A stretch of 63,997 nucleotides of DNA, filler included, from Octopus bimaculoides (GCF_001194135.2; 7 parts of 6 records of this genome joined end to end with filler, not necessarily neighbours in it), one strand, 5' to 3'; shown: positions 1 to 12,923, counted from the whole stretch's first letter. Numbers and translations: made by a program. Notes: a model not told the origin generated them from the sequence alone.

Positions 1-450
1 TGGGACAAGAACAGAAACCATTTAGACAGTTAGGTGATACAAAAATGTGACAACAAAACATCCAGATAGACGATACAAGGAAAACAAGTACGGGTCAGTC
101 AGAGTTTTCTTTCCTCAGTCGAGTTCCAGATTATCTTTGCAATTTCGGCTGGTTATACTCGAGATTGCTCCAATCTGGCCAGCTCCAAGGAAAAACTAAG
201 CTAAGAGCATTAGACTCCGTGAAAGAAAGCAGCGAATGTATACGAAAACAAGGACAGAAAAAGACGGAGAATGTGACACCAATACAAATAACAGGACATA
301 ACAACAGGTGTTTTTCGACTAAAGACAAATTAAATTAAGCTGGCGTGTGTGGAAGTAAAGCCTNNNNNNNNNNGATTTCTTCGACTGAAGCCTCTTAAAG
401 TGATGCTCCAGCATGGCCGCAGTCAAATGACTAAAACATGTAAAAGAATA
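1..450. repeat. Probable interspersed repeat remnant ending in the 3' tail of SINE family B
   Basis: 370-450 (ctccagcatggccgcagtcaaatgactaaaacatgtaaaaga) matches, in + orientation, the tail seen reverse-complemented at 10601-10650 and 37520-37570; the upstream part is not duplicated in this window. Confidence 0.5.
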
Positions 451-454
451 AAAG

Positions 455-840
455 AATATACATACACACACACATACATACATACATACATATATATATG
501 TGTATGCATGTTTATGTGCTTCGTGTTGTGTGAGTACACTATATGTTTTGTGCATATGCTCACGCGTGCGCGCGCGCGTGTGTGTGCATTTGTGCCTGTG
601 CATAGTGCGTGTGTATGTGTGTGTATGTCTGTGTATGTCTGTGTATGTCTGTGTGTAGTGTGTAATGCGTGTGTGTGTGTGTGTGTGTGTGTGTAGTGTA
701 TGTGTGTGTACTGGGTGTAGTGTGTACTGGGTGTAGTGTGTAGTGCACGTGTGCGTGTGTGTAGTGTATGTGTAGTGTGTGTGTGTGTGTACGTGTGTGT
801 GCGTGTAGTGTATGCGTAGTTGGTGTGTGTTTGTCTGTGC

Positions 841-881
<41 letters not shown>

Positions 882-900
882 TTTGTGTGCATGTGTGTCT
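455..900. repeat. Compound (TG)n/(TA)n/(GTGTA)n microsatellite
   Basis: Directly visible; produces the HTHT/VCVC pseudo-ORFs. Confidence 0.95.
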
Positions 901-1110
901 AAACAGTTGCAAAATGACAACTTGTTGCTTGAACCAAGTTATATTGAAGGAATTATTATATTCCCAATTAGTAAAGTCTATGGTAAAACCTTCTCTCAAT
1001 GCTACTCAGCATGCAAACACCTTTTCTTTTGTACCGAGCAGATACAGATTCACCTCAAGTTCCTGGTGATGCTTGTCGACGTTGACAACAACGAAGGCGG
1101 TGGTAACGAA

Positions 1111-1330
1111 GGCGTCGAGCTGGCAGAAACGTTAACACACCGGGCGAAATGCTTAGCGGTATTTCGTCTGCCGTTACGTTCTGAGTTCAAATTCCGCCGA
1201 GGTCGACTTTGCCGTTCATCCCTTTCGGGGTCGATATATTAAGTACCAGTTACGCACTGGAGTTGATGTAATCGACTTAACCCCTTTGTCTGTCCCCTAT
1301 ATGTTTAGCCCCTTGTGGGCAATAAAGAAA
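1111..1330 (+). mobile_element. SINE family A (tRNA-derived head, conserved core, type-1 tail), young copy
   Basis: ggcg..gagctggcagaaacgtt head, B-box-like gagttcaaattcc, core gaggtcgactttgcc..tcatcctttcggggtcgata..taagtaccag, tail tagccccttgtgggcaataaagaaat; near-identical to 4757-4984, 18278-18514 and 24604-24815. Confidence 0.9.
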
Positions 1331-1359
1331 TTGAAGACGGTGTTAACGATGACTACGAC

Positions 1360-1500
1360 TATGATATTAATGATGAGGATGATTATCGACCGTGATCGCT
1401 ACCACTACACCCACCACCACCACCACGACCGTTACCATCATCATCATCTTCACAATCATCAACAACAACAACAACAACAACAACCCATCGTTATGGTGGT
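1360..1500. repeat. Compound trinucleotide microsatellite (GAT/CAC/CAT/CAA)
   Basis: Directly visible. Confidence 0.9.
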
Positions 1501-1823
1501 GTATATGCATTTTAACAGTGAAACGAAAACAATAACAAAAAACTAACAGTTCACCTAAACATAAACTATATATATATATCTACATACATACATACATACG
1601 TACATATATATNNNNNNNNNNNNNNNNNNNNNNNNNNNNNNNNNNNNNNNNNNNNNNNNNNNNNNNNNNNNNNNNNNNNNNNNNNNNNNNNNNNNNNNNN
1701 NNNNNNNNNNNNNNNNNNNNNNNNNNNNNNNNNNNNNNNNNNNNNNNNNNNNNNNNNNNNNNNNNNNNNNNNNNNNNNNNNNNNNNNNNNNNNNNNNNNN
1801 NNNNNNNNNNNNNNNNNNNNNNN

Positions 1824-1881
<58 letters not shown>

Positions 1882-2674
1882 AATGTATGTGTCTATGTAT
1901 ATATGTATGCATATGCATGTATAAAAGAGCAAAGTAAAGTGTATCATCACAAAAGCAAAAGCAAAGGTGATGATAAATCGGAAGAGCAATAACAACAACG
2001 CAAGTTAACATTACGCAAACGACAAACATTAAGAACAACCAACAGCAATAACAACAACACCAAACAACAATTGCAACAAGAACAGAGCAAACATGCGACA
2101 GTAAAATGCAGCAAAAACAAATTGTTTGCTGCAGGAAAAGCCTCTTAAGAGATAACGTTATTTTACAGGTTGTGAGGTTAATCAAAGGGAAACCCAGTCT
2201 AGAAATTGCTGCTGGATTAAGACGTGATTAAGGAATTAGCAGAGAATTTAATCGAGCGAAATGCAACTGGAGGTGGTTGTCTTGAGAGAAGAGGTTCGGT
2301 GAGAGGAGTTGAGAGACGTATGGAGAGGCGGGAGGGGGAGGGGGAGGAAGAGATTGAGGAGGAGAGTGAAAACGTGTGTGTATATGTGTATGTGTATGTG
2401 TGCGTTTATTTGTTTATGAATGTATGTATGTGTGTATAAGTGTGTGCGTGCGTCTGTATGTATAGAAAATATTTCTATGCGTGTGTATATATATATATAT
2501 ATATATNNNNNNNNNNATGTATGTATGCATGTATGTATGTATGTATGTATGTGTGTATGTATGCATTTGTGTGTGTTTATTTGTCTATGTACTATGTGTG
2601 CATATGTGTCTGCTTACTTTTGTACGCATAGATAATATATCGATGCAAATATGATGTATATTGTTATGTGTGTG

Positions 2675-2743
<69 letters not shown>

Positions 2744-3311
2744 NNNNNNNNNNNNNNNNNNNNNNNNNNNNNNNNNNNNNNNNNNNNNNNNNNNNNNNNN
2801 NNNNNNNNNNNNNNNNNNNNNNNNNNNNNNNNNNNNNNNNNNNNNNNNNNNNNNNNNNNNNNNNNNNNNNNNNNNNNNNNNNNNNNNNNNNNNNNNNNNN
2901 NNNNNNNNNNNNNNNNNNNNNNNNNNNNNNNNNNNNNNNNNNNNNNNNNNNNNNNNNNNNNNNNNNNNNNNNNNNNNNNNNNNNNNNNNNNNNNNNNNNN
3001 NNNNNNNNNNNNNNNNNNNNNNNNNNNNNNNNNNNNNNNNNNNNNNNNNNNNNNNNNNNNNNNNNNNNNNNNNNNNNNNNNNNNNNNNNNNNNNNNNNNN
3101 NNNNNNNNNNNNNNNNNNNNNNNNNNNNNNNNNNNNNNNNNNNNNNNNNNNNNNNNNNNNNNNNNNNNNNNNNNNNNNNNNNNNNNNNNNNNNNNNNNNN
3201 NNNNNNNNNNNNNNNNNNNNNNNNNNNNNNNNNNNNNNNNNNNNNNNNNNNNNNNNNNNNNNNNNNNNNNNNNNNNNNNNNNNNNNNNNNNNNNNNNNNN
3301 NNNNNNNNNNN

Positions 3312-3379
<68 letters not shown>

Positions 3380-3552
3380 TGTATGTACGTATGTATGTAT
3401 ATGAGTCAGGTAATACTTGTCAGATAGAGGAATATACAAAAACAAATTTCAATTGTTGTGTTTGAGGGGAAAGCGAAAATAACAAAGAATGAGAGCGAGA
3501 TAGACAGGGTGAGCGTAAGAACGATAATTACAAAATGTTATATATAAGTGTA

Positions 3553-3595
<43 letters not shown>

Positions 3596-4400
3596 TTATG
3601 TAATTAGCTCTTATCTGCAAACACTTCTTCGTTTACGAAATGTGAAATGCGTATGAAAACATGCACAATTATGTGTGTGTGTGTGTGTGTGTGAGGAGAG
3701 GGATATGTATGTATGCGTGTGTGTGTGTGTGTGTGTGTGTGAGTGCATGCAGATAGGCATAGGCATGTATATGTTGTGCATGTATATGTTTGTGCGTGTG
3801 TCTCTGTGTGTGCAAATATGCATAGGCGTGTGCATTCATTAATCACCAACTATAACACAGATTCATGCAAACATATGCATAAGTACATATACGCTTATGC
3901 ATGTATGTACCTACACATACATATTTATGTATATATACATGTATGTGTGTGTTTGTGCGTATATATACATAATACAATTATATATGTGTATATATATATG
4001 TTATATTTGTACGCATAGAAATGCACACATCAGTACATACATAAATATAAATATAGATAGAAATTTTTTTCTATAGAATGAAAGCCATAGAACAGCATTG
4101 ATTATGTGAGCTTCATACTTTCGACTTATTTGCTAACATCTCCTAACGAAGTTGAATTATATACATGCCTGCATCCATACATATTTATATATTCACCCAT
4201 AATTATACATACATGCATAAAGACATATACACATATATCTGTGAATATGTACATATGTATATTTATATATGTATATATACACACTCAGACATGAATATGT
4301 TACTTACAAACGCACACATAAACATACGTACACACACCACACATACACTCGTCTATATAAACGCATTCATACACATACGTATGTATTTGTATATTTTCAG

Positions 4401-4481
4401 GTTTTCGAGCCTGACGAGTGGGGCTTGTTTGACGAGTCTACGAAATTTTACGTTGCACAGAACGGAATCAAACTGTCATAT
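4401..4481 (+). CDS. Candidate internal coding exon, phase 0-0, VFEPDEWGLFDESTKFYVAQNGIKLSY; product unknown
   Basis: Acceptor atattttcag|G, donor TAT|gtatgt, 81 nt (frame-preserving), no stop, C/G-ending codons inside low-complexity flanks; the donor coincides with the start of a (TATG)n repeat. Confidence 0.5.
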
Positions 4482-4659
4482 GTATGTATGTATGTATGTA
4501 TATGAGTCAGGTAATACTTGTCTAATAGAGGAATATATATATATATATAGTCAAATCAAACATGAACAAGCAAAAAGAAAACACGAAAAAACAACAACGC
4601 GAGGACGTGGAATGAGTACAGTGTTATTGGACGCGCAGGAAAAGAAAGAAAAGAAAGAG

Positions 4660-4756
4660 GATTTAATGTTTCAAGCGGAGCTCTTCATCAGAAATATAGG
4701 AAAAGTCCAAAGAAGGGATGACGGAGAAAGCAAATCGCCAACGATGCTCACGCGGT
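4660..4756 (-). mobile_element. Penelope-like element terminal motif (remnant)
   Basis: Minus strand reads ctgatgaagagctccgcttgaaacatt, the CTGA(T/A)GAAG..GAAAC motif typical of PLE ends; no ORF retained. Confidence 0.35.
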
Positions 4757-4984
4757 CTTTATTGCCCACAAGGGGCTACACACAGAGGGGACAAACAAGG
4801 ACAGACAAGGGGATTAAGTCGATTATATTGACCCCAGTGCATAACTGGTATTTATTTAATCGACCCTGAAAAGATGAAAGGCTAAGTCGACCTCCGCGGA
4901 ATTTGAACTCAGAACGTAACGGCAGACGAAATACCGCTAAGCATTTCGCCCGGCGTGCTAACGTTTCTGCCAGTTCGCCGCCTT
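4757..4984 (-). mobile_element. SINE family A, full-length young copy, type-1 tail
   Basis: Reverse complement nearly identical to 1111-1330 and 24604-24815. Confidence 0.92.
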
Positions 4985-6252
4985 TGTGAATGCTATATTT
5001 GTAGTCTTATCCAAAATGCTGAGGAATTACCTACATTTTCATGTGAAACGCTTGATAATTTCGATGTTTTCACATGATACTAGTGGTAGCAGTGTAAATC
5101 CACAAATAAAAATATACTTACACACCAAACGCCGTGTTGATCATTTATTTCCACTGTTCGCCTCAATTGTATATGAGCTTGTGTGTGTGTGTGTGGTGGT
5201 GGCATCACTGTGACGCATTCCTGACGCCAGTTTTATATTGGAATTGAATAAAATGGGATGAGACTTAAAATTTTTGAAGTTCATATATTTTCAAATTTGT
5301 TTAACAATGTGCCATGAATAACCTCCAATTCGCAAATTGAAACCCGATTGTAGGTTTAATTTTCCGCTCATTTAACATACTATTTTTAGCTCTCGCTATG
5401 CAAACCTATGCAATTTTTAGGTGTGTTTTAAAGTCTTGGAATACGGCCTTTACTGTTTTAACTTTATAAATAAATAAATAAATAAATAAGTAAATAGATA
5501 AATGAATAAATATGCCTATTTGTCATGAAACAAAAAAAAAAATATCATCATCGCTTTTCACAGTCTTTAAATCGCGAAAATCATCTTGACCCGGAACCAG
5601 CCACTGTTCTACGCACAAATGATGCCATATAGGCACACGCATGCACACAAACATAGACGTACACACACACTCATTCATACACACTCATACATACAGACAC
5701 ACACGCACATATATATATACACACATATATATATATAACATTTACATACATATATAAACATATATACACGCATAAAATATGTGTGTGTGTATATATATAT
5801 ATATAAGATGGAAGAAGAGGGGTGAAAAATACTATTTTAAGGTAATGAAGATAAAGAATGATTTTTAAGGAAACATTATCATCTTACCATTTTTCCCTTA
5901 ACGTAAATTTCATTCTACTTTTATTTTAAATTTTTCATTTTTTTTTAATAACATTTTTTCACCCATTTTTTCCTTCTTTCTTTCTGTCCATTCTATGAAT
6001 CTTCCCTTTCCTGTGTGTGTATGCGTTTTTTTTTATTAGTGTGGGTGGAGGTGGGGGTTGTTCTTCATCACTCGATATTTTTTTTTTTCAGTATGAAAAC
6101 TCATAAATCAAATTCACTGATTACATTTTTTAAATATATATATATTTTTTTTTAATTTTTCATATTTTAATTTTTTTATATTTTATGTGTTAAAATATTC
6201 ACTGGAATGTTTTAGAAAACTGATAACATTGTTGCTTTTTTTAAACAATTAG

Positions 6253-6315
6253 ATTGATTTCTGTGATAAAAAACCAAATTACAACCATTTAGGCCGTTTA
6301 GAAATTCGTCCATGA
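6253..6315 (+). CDS. Candidate terminal coding exon IDFCDKKPNYNHLGRLEIRP*
   Basis: T-rich tract ..ttttttaaacaattag| then 20 codons and TGA; phase 0 is compatible with exon 4401-4481; no homology recognised. Confidence 0.22.
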   Translation: MDFCDKKPNYNHLGRLEIRP

Positions 6316-6579
6316 ATACAAATCTCCAAGACATCTTCAGACTGCCACATGGATAATTAAAGATAGATATTGTTTCTATTAGTACTTCGGCAATCTCATT
6401 GTTTCTTTTACTAAACCACATGACTTTAGGGAAATAATATCTTTTTTATCATTGCAAAACACCCGATGTTTTAAACACGAGATCTGGTTATTGGTTTTGA
6501 ATTTTGGAAAAAGATTTGTCGCAGCAAATGGTATATTGTCGAACTAAGAAAGTTTATGATTTCGTATTCTGGAAATACT

Positions 6580-6581
6580 AC

Positions 6582-6635
<54 letters not shown>

Positions 6636-6655
6636 CGTCGTCGTCGTCGTCGTAA
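6580..6655. repeat. (TTG)n/(TCG)n microsatellite
   Basis: Directly visible. Confidence 0.95.
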
Positions 6656-6810
6656 CCTTGGTGAAACAACAATCTATGACGTTCCATTCATGACCATCCA
6701 TCTTTCTGTACATGTGTGCGTGTGTATAGTGGGTTTTTTTCGTTCTTTTCCCTCCTTTCATCTCTTTGTCAACGTTAAAAAAAAATAAATAAATGCTATT
6801 AATATAAGTA

Positions 6811-6985
6811 GGCTTTGCTGAGCTGGCATTTCGTCCGTATTTGCCTCCTTACGTTCTGAGTTCAAATTCCACCGAGGTCTATTTTGCGTTCCATCCTTTC
6901 GGAGAGCCGATAAAATAAGTATCAGTTGAGTACTGGGTCGATGTAATCGACTTAGTCCCTCCTTGTGCCAAAATTTGAAACCAAT
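6811..6985 (+). mobile_element. SINE family A, internally deleted head, type-2 tail
   Basis: gagctggcat joins directly to ttcgtccg; core and B-box present; tail ccttgtgccaaaatttgaaacca. Confidence 0.85.
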
Positions 6986-6999
6986 AATATAATATTACA

Positions 7000-7190
7000 T
7001 TGCAGGCCTCGTTGCCTACTGGTTATGGTGTTGCACTCACTCTCACGAGTTCGTGATTTCAATTCCACGACCATGTGATGCGTTGTGTTCCTCTCGTGTT
7101 ACTCTGCGATCACCTGGATAACTACCTGACGTGTGGTACACGGTGCACTTGTTCAGTCAACGCCGAGGTTTGTGGAGGGAGTGAACTAAT
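7000..7190 (+). mobile_element. Diverged tRNA-headed SINE (family C/D-like)
   Basis: gcctactggttatggtgttgcactc..gagttcgtgatttcaattcc resembles the heads at 43922 and 31742. Confidence 0.55.
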
Positions 7191-7479
7191 GTACAGCCCA
7201 AACATTTTATCATTATAGACAAAATCATTTGCGCAGATTCATCAGCAAGAAATTGTAGAACTGTTTTTCTCGGACCACAAGAGACTACTGTCATCATCAT
7301 ATCGGTTTCGAATTTTGGCACAAAGCCTTTAACTAACACGTTTCCCTAATTGGAGAATTGGTTGTGCCGTAAGCGCATTGAACGAAATACTTCGCATTAA
7401 TTCAGTCTCTTGCCATTCTTGGTGCAAATCTCACTGAAGGTTGATTTCTGCCTTTATCGTTCTGAGATCGATGAATAAA

Positions 7480-7750
7480 GAATGAGTCTGTTGCGGTGGA
7501 GTGGCTGAATCATGAGAGAGTCGGACGGAAAGCTTTGTATTTATTCTGCCTTTCTGTGCTCGGAGTTCAAATACCGCGGGGGTTAATCTTGCTTTTTAAC
7601 GTTCCGAGTTCAACAATCTGAAGTGATGGACTAACAGAATCACTAGATCGTCAGACAGGACATTTTGTGGCACTTACTTCGGTTCTTTGCGTTCTGAGTT
7701 CCAATCGCCCAGTGGCTATATTGGGGATAGACTTAATTCGCCACCTGGTT
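7480..7750 (+). mobile_element. Two old, diverged SINE family A fragments
   Basis: ctcggagttcaaataccgcgggggttaatcttgc and gcgttctgagttccaatcgcc match the family A B-box/core. Confidence 0.6.
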
Positions 7751-8349
7751 TAACACCCCACTTGTTCTTCGGGAGTCGGGAACCTTTAGTGTAATTCTCT
7801 TTATAGCAAGCATTCGGCCCAGATCTCCGATTTGAAAGCACATTACTCTCACTAGCCACGAAAGCCCTGAAATTTGTTATGATGACTGTCTCTCTTGATA
7901 AGCGATCTTCCAGAAATAATAGCCAAGTTTCATTCAAATCACAAGAGAAACAATATTGCCTCCTAATTTTTTTTTTTTTTTTTTTTCTTGTTGGGGTTCG
8001 CAGACATTTGCATTGTGTGTGAGTTTTGCCTTTCTTTGCAAAATATGTACGCATCTTTGCGAGTAACCATCATTCAAACTCTTTCAATAAAAAAATAAGA
8101 TTTCATTTTCAAATCTTTGCACGCACATATTCTTGCCTTCCCATTTTGTTTAAAAAATGTGTGTAATAATATTCCTGTCATTAATACTTCTTTTTAAGGT
8201 TTCCCAAATCTTTTTTCATATAGTCCGCTCCAATTCTATCTCTTCATTTCTTTCTGCTTCAACTCATCATCCAGTATTTCACCAAAATATTTAGACCTCT
8301 CATTCCGTCCTCACTTTCAGGTATCTTATGGCTTCATTATGTGAACTGG

Positions 8350-8600
8350 TAGAATCGTGACCATACTGAAGAAAAATACTTAGCGGCATTTCTTCTAGCT
8401 CTTTACTTTCTGAGTTCAAATGCCACCAAGGTTGACTTTGCCTTTCCTCGTTTTGGGATCGATAAAATAAATACCAGTGATCGCAGAGTAACACGAGAGG
8501 AACACAACGCATCACACGGTCGTGGAATTGAAACTACAACTGGTTGACTTTGCCTTTCATCGTTTTGGGATCGATAAAATAAATACAATGTAATCAACTT
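8350..8600 (+). mobile_element. SINE family A fragment with tandemly duplicated core
   Basis: ggttgactttgcctttc(c/a)tcgttttgggatcgataaaataaatac occurs at ~8430 and ~8542. Confidence 0.8.
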
Positions 8601-9149
8601 CACCTCCCTTTAAAAGATTATTAGCCTTGCGTCAATATTAGTAAGAATTATTTGAAAGACTTCACAGTTTTTTAATTATTACAAGCCTGACTCTCAAGTC
8701 AATACCAAGCCACATTTCAGTATCATACCGGAAAATTTTATTACACCTTATCAAAGAATTCAACTCCTTACATCCGAAGTAAAGCTTGAGGTTATCTCTA
8801 AGACACATTACAAAAATCAAATATCTCCAATCAGGAATTTCAGTTTCATCGCGAATCACCACTAAGTGGGGAATTACCCTTTGCTCAAAAGTGTTCGTGA
8901 AAATCTTACAGGAAAAACCTTCAAAGTTTTTTCACTTCTAATGTAGATTGAACTCGCGCTCACAATTATATATCAGCACAGCAATTTACAACTTGACCAA
9001 AGTAAGGGTTAGTTTATAAAGGTCATAATTTCCTGGACAGTTAATTCGCCTTTAGAGAGTGTATGTACTGTATTTATATATACACTCATTTACCTCATCT
9101 TTAGAGTGTATATTTACAACAAGCAGACACACACACACACACACACACA

Positions 9150-9216
<67 letters not shown>

Positions 9217-9653
9217 NNNNNNNNNNNNNNNNNNNNNNNNNNNNNNNNNNNNNNNNNNNNTTAATTAATTAANNNNNNNNNNNNNNNNNNNNNNNNNNNN
9301 NNNNNNNNNNNNNNNNTATATATATATATATATATATATATATTCACAAACACTATACTTGTATATGTATGTACACACACTCACACACACATACGCACGC
9401 ACACACATACATATATATACATAATATATATTATATATTTGTGGGGGGTATATAAACACAGACACCTCGTTCAAATGCGGAAGAAACGCCATATTCAGCA
9501 CAGACGCAGCTAGTAACATTGGAGAACAAAACGTGACATAAAAAGGTTTTTAATGTGTTTGACTGCTTCTTTAATTAAAATGAATAACATCTATGTATAC
9601 TTTAGTGCACACTTTATGTACGTGTGCAGACCTACATATACATACATACATAA

Positions 9654-9708
<55 letters not shown>

Positions 9709-9809
9709 ATGTATGTATACATATCGTTGTGTGTGCTCCAGTGTGCATTTATGTTTGTGTATATATTTATTTATCGTCCCCGTGTAAACCAAGCTGTTTC
9801 ATGCAGGCA

Positions 9810-9990
9810 GGTTCTTACGTGCAGTTGTAGTCAAGGAGTGGCAACGGAGCCAATGAAAGATACCATAAAACAGAGACAAGTGATATACACTTGCAGTTGT
9901 TTCCAGTCTCATAAACCATGTCTCTCGTTCGCCCTCTGGTGGTGAACTTTTGTAGATTTAAAATTCAGTTGTCAGAGCAGGGCGACCGAG
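9810..9990. promoter_or_regulatory. Candidate regulatory element: CTCF-like core (9930-9942), CCAAT box (9848-9856), RFX half-site (9838-9845)
   Basis: Minus-strand CCACCAGAGGGCG matches the CTCF core; AGCCAATGA and GTGGCAAC are adjacent; island of complex sequence between microsatellites. Confidence 0.4.
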
Positions 9991-10111
9991 TGAAGTGAAA
10001 TACATGTTACATTGATAAGTAAATGCAACTAACGGAAAACGCACACGCACGACCACACACATGTGCATACGTACACACATATATATGGATATATGCATTT
10101 AAGTGTGTGAG

Positions 10112-10152
<41 letters not shown>

Positions 10153-10427
10153 TGTAACGCATACATGACACCATCTAAACCAACACCGAGTCATGTTGAC
10201 ATGTTTATGTTTTTATATATTTATTTATGTTTCGTTTTGCACACCCACATTCACATACACACACACACACATACAAACACGCAAACACATATATGTGTAT
10301 GTCTATATATTTGCATATGTGTGCGTATATACGTGTCTATATGTTTATAAACAGCATGTTGTATATTTGTAGAATACATTATAAAATAAATTCATACGTA
10401 AATTTTATGTGTGAATTTCTATGTTCA

Positions 10428-10482
<55 letters not shown>

Positions 10483-10540
10483 TTATCTATAAACGCATGC
10501 ATCTGTTTGAGTTCATCCATGTTCGTATATATTTATGTAA

Positions 10541-10584
<44 letters not shown>

Positions 10585-10600
10585 CACACTTCTTTTCTTT

Positions 10601-10810
10601 TCTTTCTTTTATTTGTTTCAGTCATTTGACTACAGCCATGCTGGAGCACCGCCTTCAGTCGAGCAAATCAACCCTAGGACGTATTCTTTGTAAGCCTTGA
10701 ACTTATTCTATCGGTTCCTTTTGCTGAACCGCTTACTTACGGGAGGCCTTAAACACACCAGCATCAGTTGTCAAGTAATATTGGGGAAACAAACACAGAC
10801 ACACAAACAT

Positions 10811-10845
<35 letters not shown>

Positions 10846-10994
10846 CGACGGGCGTCTTTCAGTTTCCGTTTACCAAATCCACTCACAAGGCTTTGGTCGG
10901 CCTGAGGCTATAGTAGAAGGCACTTGCCCAAGGTGTCACGCAGTGGGATTGAACCCGGAACCATGTGGTTGGTAAGGAAGCCACTCCTGCGCCT
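10601..10994 (-). mobile_element. SINE family B, near full length (tRNA-like head, internal CA microsatellite)
   Basis: Minus strand starts aggcgcaggagtggc..ccgggttcaatcccactgcgtgacaccttgggcaagtg and ends ctccagcatggctgtagtcaaatgactgaaacaaataaaaga; homologous to 23105, 33960, 36590, 37520, 39935 and 57700 copies. Confidence 0.9.
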
Positions 10995-11059
10995 ATATAA
11001 ATATGTATGTATGTTTTGCAGGCCATGGCATTGAACATTTCGGCGGTTTTCGTTTGCGC

Positions 11060-11421
11060 TTGTGATCGTTCCTGAGACTGAGATCCCTATTTACACTGGA
11101 TATCTTGCTCAGGTTTGTCTCTGGATAATTGACAGCAACTGGAGAGAGTTTGTAAGGTCCTGTGCAAGCGTTATTGGACCTAATCTTTTAGGTTGTGCAA
11201 CTGCCGGCGAGCTGACTATCTGACGCTTGGTCAATACGAGGTCTCCGAAATTTGGAGCCAGACAGTCCATTATTTTCCACATGTACAGAACTGTATATCT
11301 CTCACGTCTCCTCTCCAGGGAGTAGAATCCCCGTTCTCTCAGTTCCTCCCAGTAACCCATGTGTTTTACTGAGTCTATCTTCCTTGAGGTGTGGCGTTGG
11401 ATCGCTTCTAGTTCCGCAATA
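11060..11421 (-). mobile_element. CR1-type LINE ORF2 3' remnant
   Basis: IAELEAIQRHTSRKI..YWEELRERGFYSLERRRERY..YMWKI..LAPNFG matches the post-RT LExxQRR/SLExRR motif; same family as 55944-56395. Confidence 0.85.
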
Positions 11422-11568
11422 CATATATATATATATATACTACTTACATTTTCTGGTGCTCGACTGTTGGATGCAGTTAACCAAATTTGCTTAAAACAGG
11501 GCATTACCCATATCTATTTCTATTTTTGAACCCTTATGTCTGATATGTATGTATATATATATATATAC

Positions 11569-11603
<35 letters not shown>

Positions 11604-12399
11604 NNNNNNNNNNNNNNNNNNNNNNNNNNNNNNNNNNNNNNNNNNNNNNNNNNNNNNNNNNNNNNNNNNNNNNNNNNNNNNNNNNNNNNNNNNNNNNNNN
11701 NNNNNNNNNNNNNNNNNNNNNNNNNNNNNNNNNNNNNNNNNNNNNNNNNNNNNNNNNNNNNNNNNNNNNNNNNNNNNNNNNNNNNNNNNNNNNNNNNNNN
11801 NNNNNNNNNNNNNNNNNNNNNNNNNNNNNNNNNNNNNNNNNNNNNNNNNNNNNNNNNNNNNNNNNNNNNNNNNNNNNNNNNNNNNNNNNNNNNNNNNNNN
11901 NNNNNNNNNNNNNNNNNNNNNNNNNNNNNNNNNNNNNNNNNNNNNNNNNNNNNNNNNNNNNNNNNNNNNNNNNNNNNNNNNNNNNNNNNNNNNNNNNNNN
12001 NNNNNNNNNNNNNNNNNNNNNNNNNNNNNNNNNNNNNNNNNNNNNNNNNNNNNNNNNNNNNNNNNNNNNNNNNNNNNNNNNNNNNNNNNNNNNNNNNNNN
12101 NNNNNNNNNNNNNNNNNNNNNNNNNNNNNNNNNNNNNNNNNNNNNNNNNNNNNNNNNNNNNNNNNNNNNNNNNNNNNNNNNNNNNNNNNNNNNNNNNNNN
12201 NNNNNNNNNNNNNNNNNNNNNNNNNNNNNNNNNNNNNNNNNNNNNNNNNNNNNNNNNNNNNNNNNNNNNNNNNNNNNNNNNNNNNNNNNNNNNNNNNNNN
12301 NNNNNNNNNNNNNNNNNNNNNNNNNNNNNNNNNNNNNNNNNNNNNNNNNNNNNNNNNNNNNNNNNNNNNNNNNNNNNNNNNNNNNNNNNNNNNNNNNNN

Positions 12400-12444
<45 letters not shown>

Positions 12445-12559
12445 TACATATATATAAATTATTATTTAGCAGAACTGGTGCATACACACATCCAGAAAAT
12501 AGTGAACACACACAGGATCATGCGTGCGTGTGTGTGTGTGCATGTGTGTGTGTGCGTGC

Positions 12560-12601
<42 letters not shown>

Positions 12602-12882
12602 GTGTGTGTGTTTTGAAGAATTACTTGAGATGAGTAAAATATTTAAATATTCGCACAATTGCGAACCGCATTGTGCAAGCCTATGTGCAAATATCCAATT
12701 ATATGTGCACAGCGAGCTACACTAGTGTACATTTATCTAAAACAGAATATATATGCTGATTGCAGTGTACTGCAAACGGTACTGTAAATATACATGGACA
12801 GATGAAAGGGTGGAATATCTATCTAATGTCGTTCATTTCGTAGCTGTAAAAGCTTACTATCTATCTATCTATCTATCTATGC

Positions 12883-12923
<41 letters not shown>

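Noticed and set aside
900-1090. Complex sequence with several open frames between a microsatellite and a SINE
   Set aside because: No consistent acceptor/donor pair and no homology; cannot be called an exon
4440-6315. Galectin-like look of KFYVAQNG..LEI when exons 4401 and 6253 are joined
   Set aside because: The carbohydrate-binding H.NPR and W..E.R motifs are absent; the similarity is too short to name a gene
8662-8862. Open frames on both strands (VIRDETEIPDWRY.. on minus; FFNYYKPDSQ.. on plus)
   Set aside because: Weak splice signals, no codon bias and no recognisable homology
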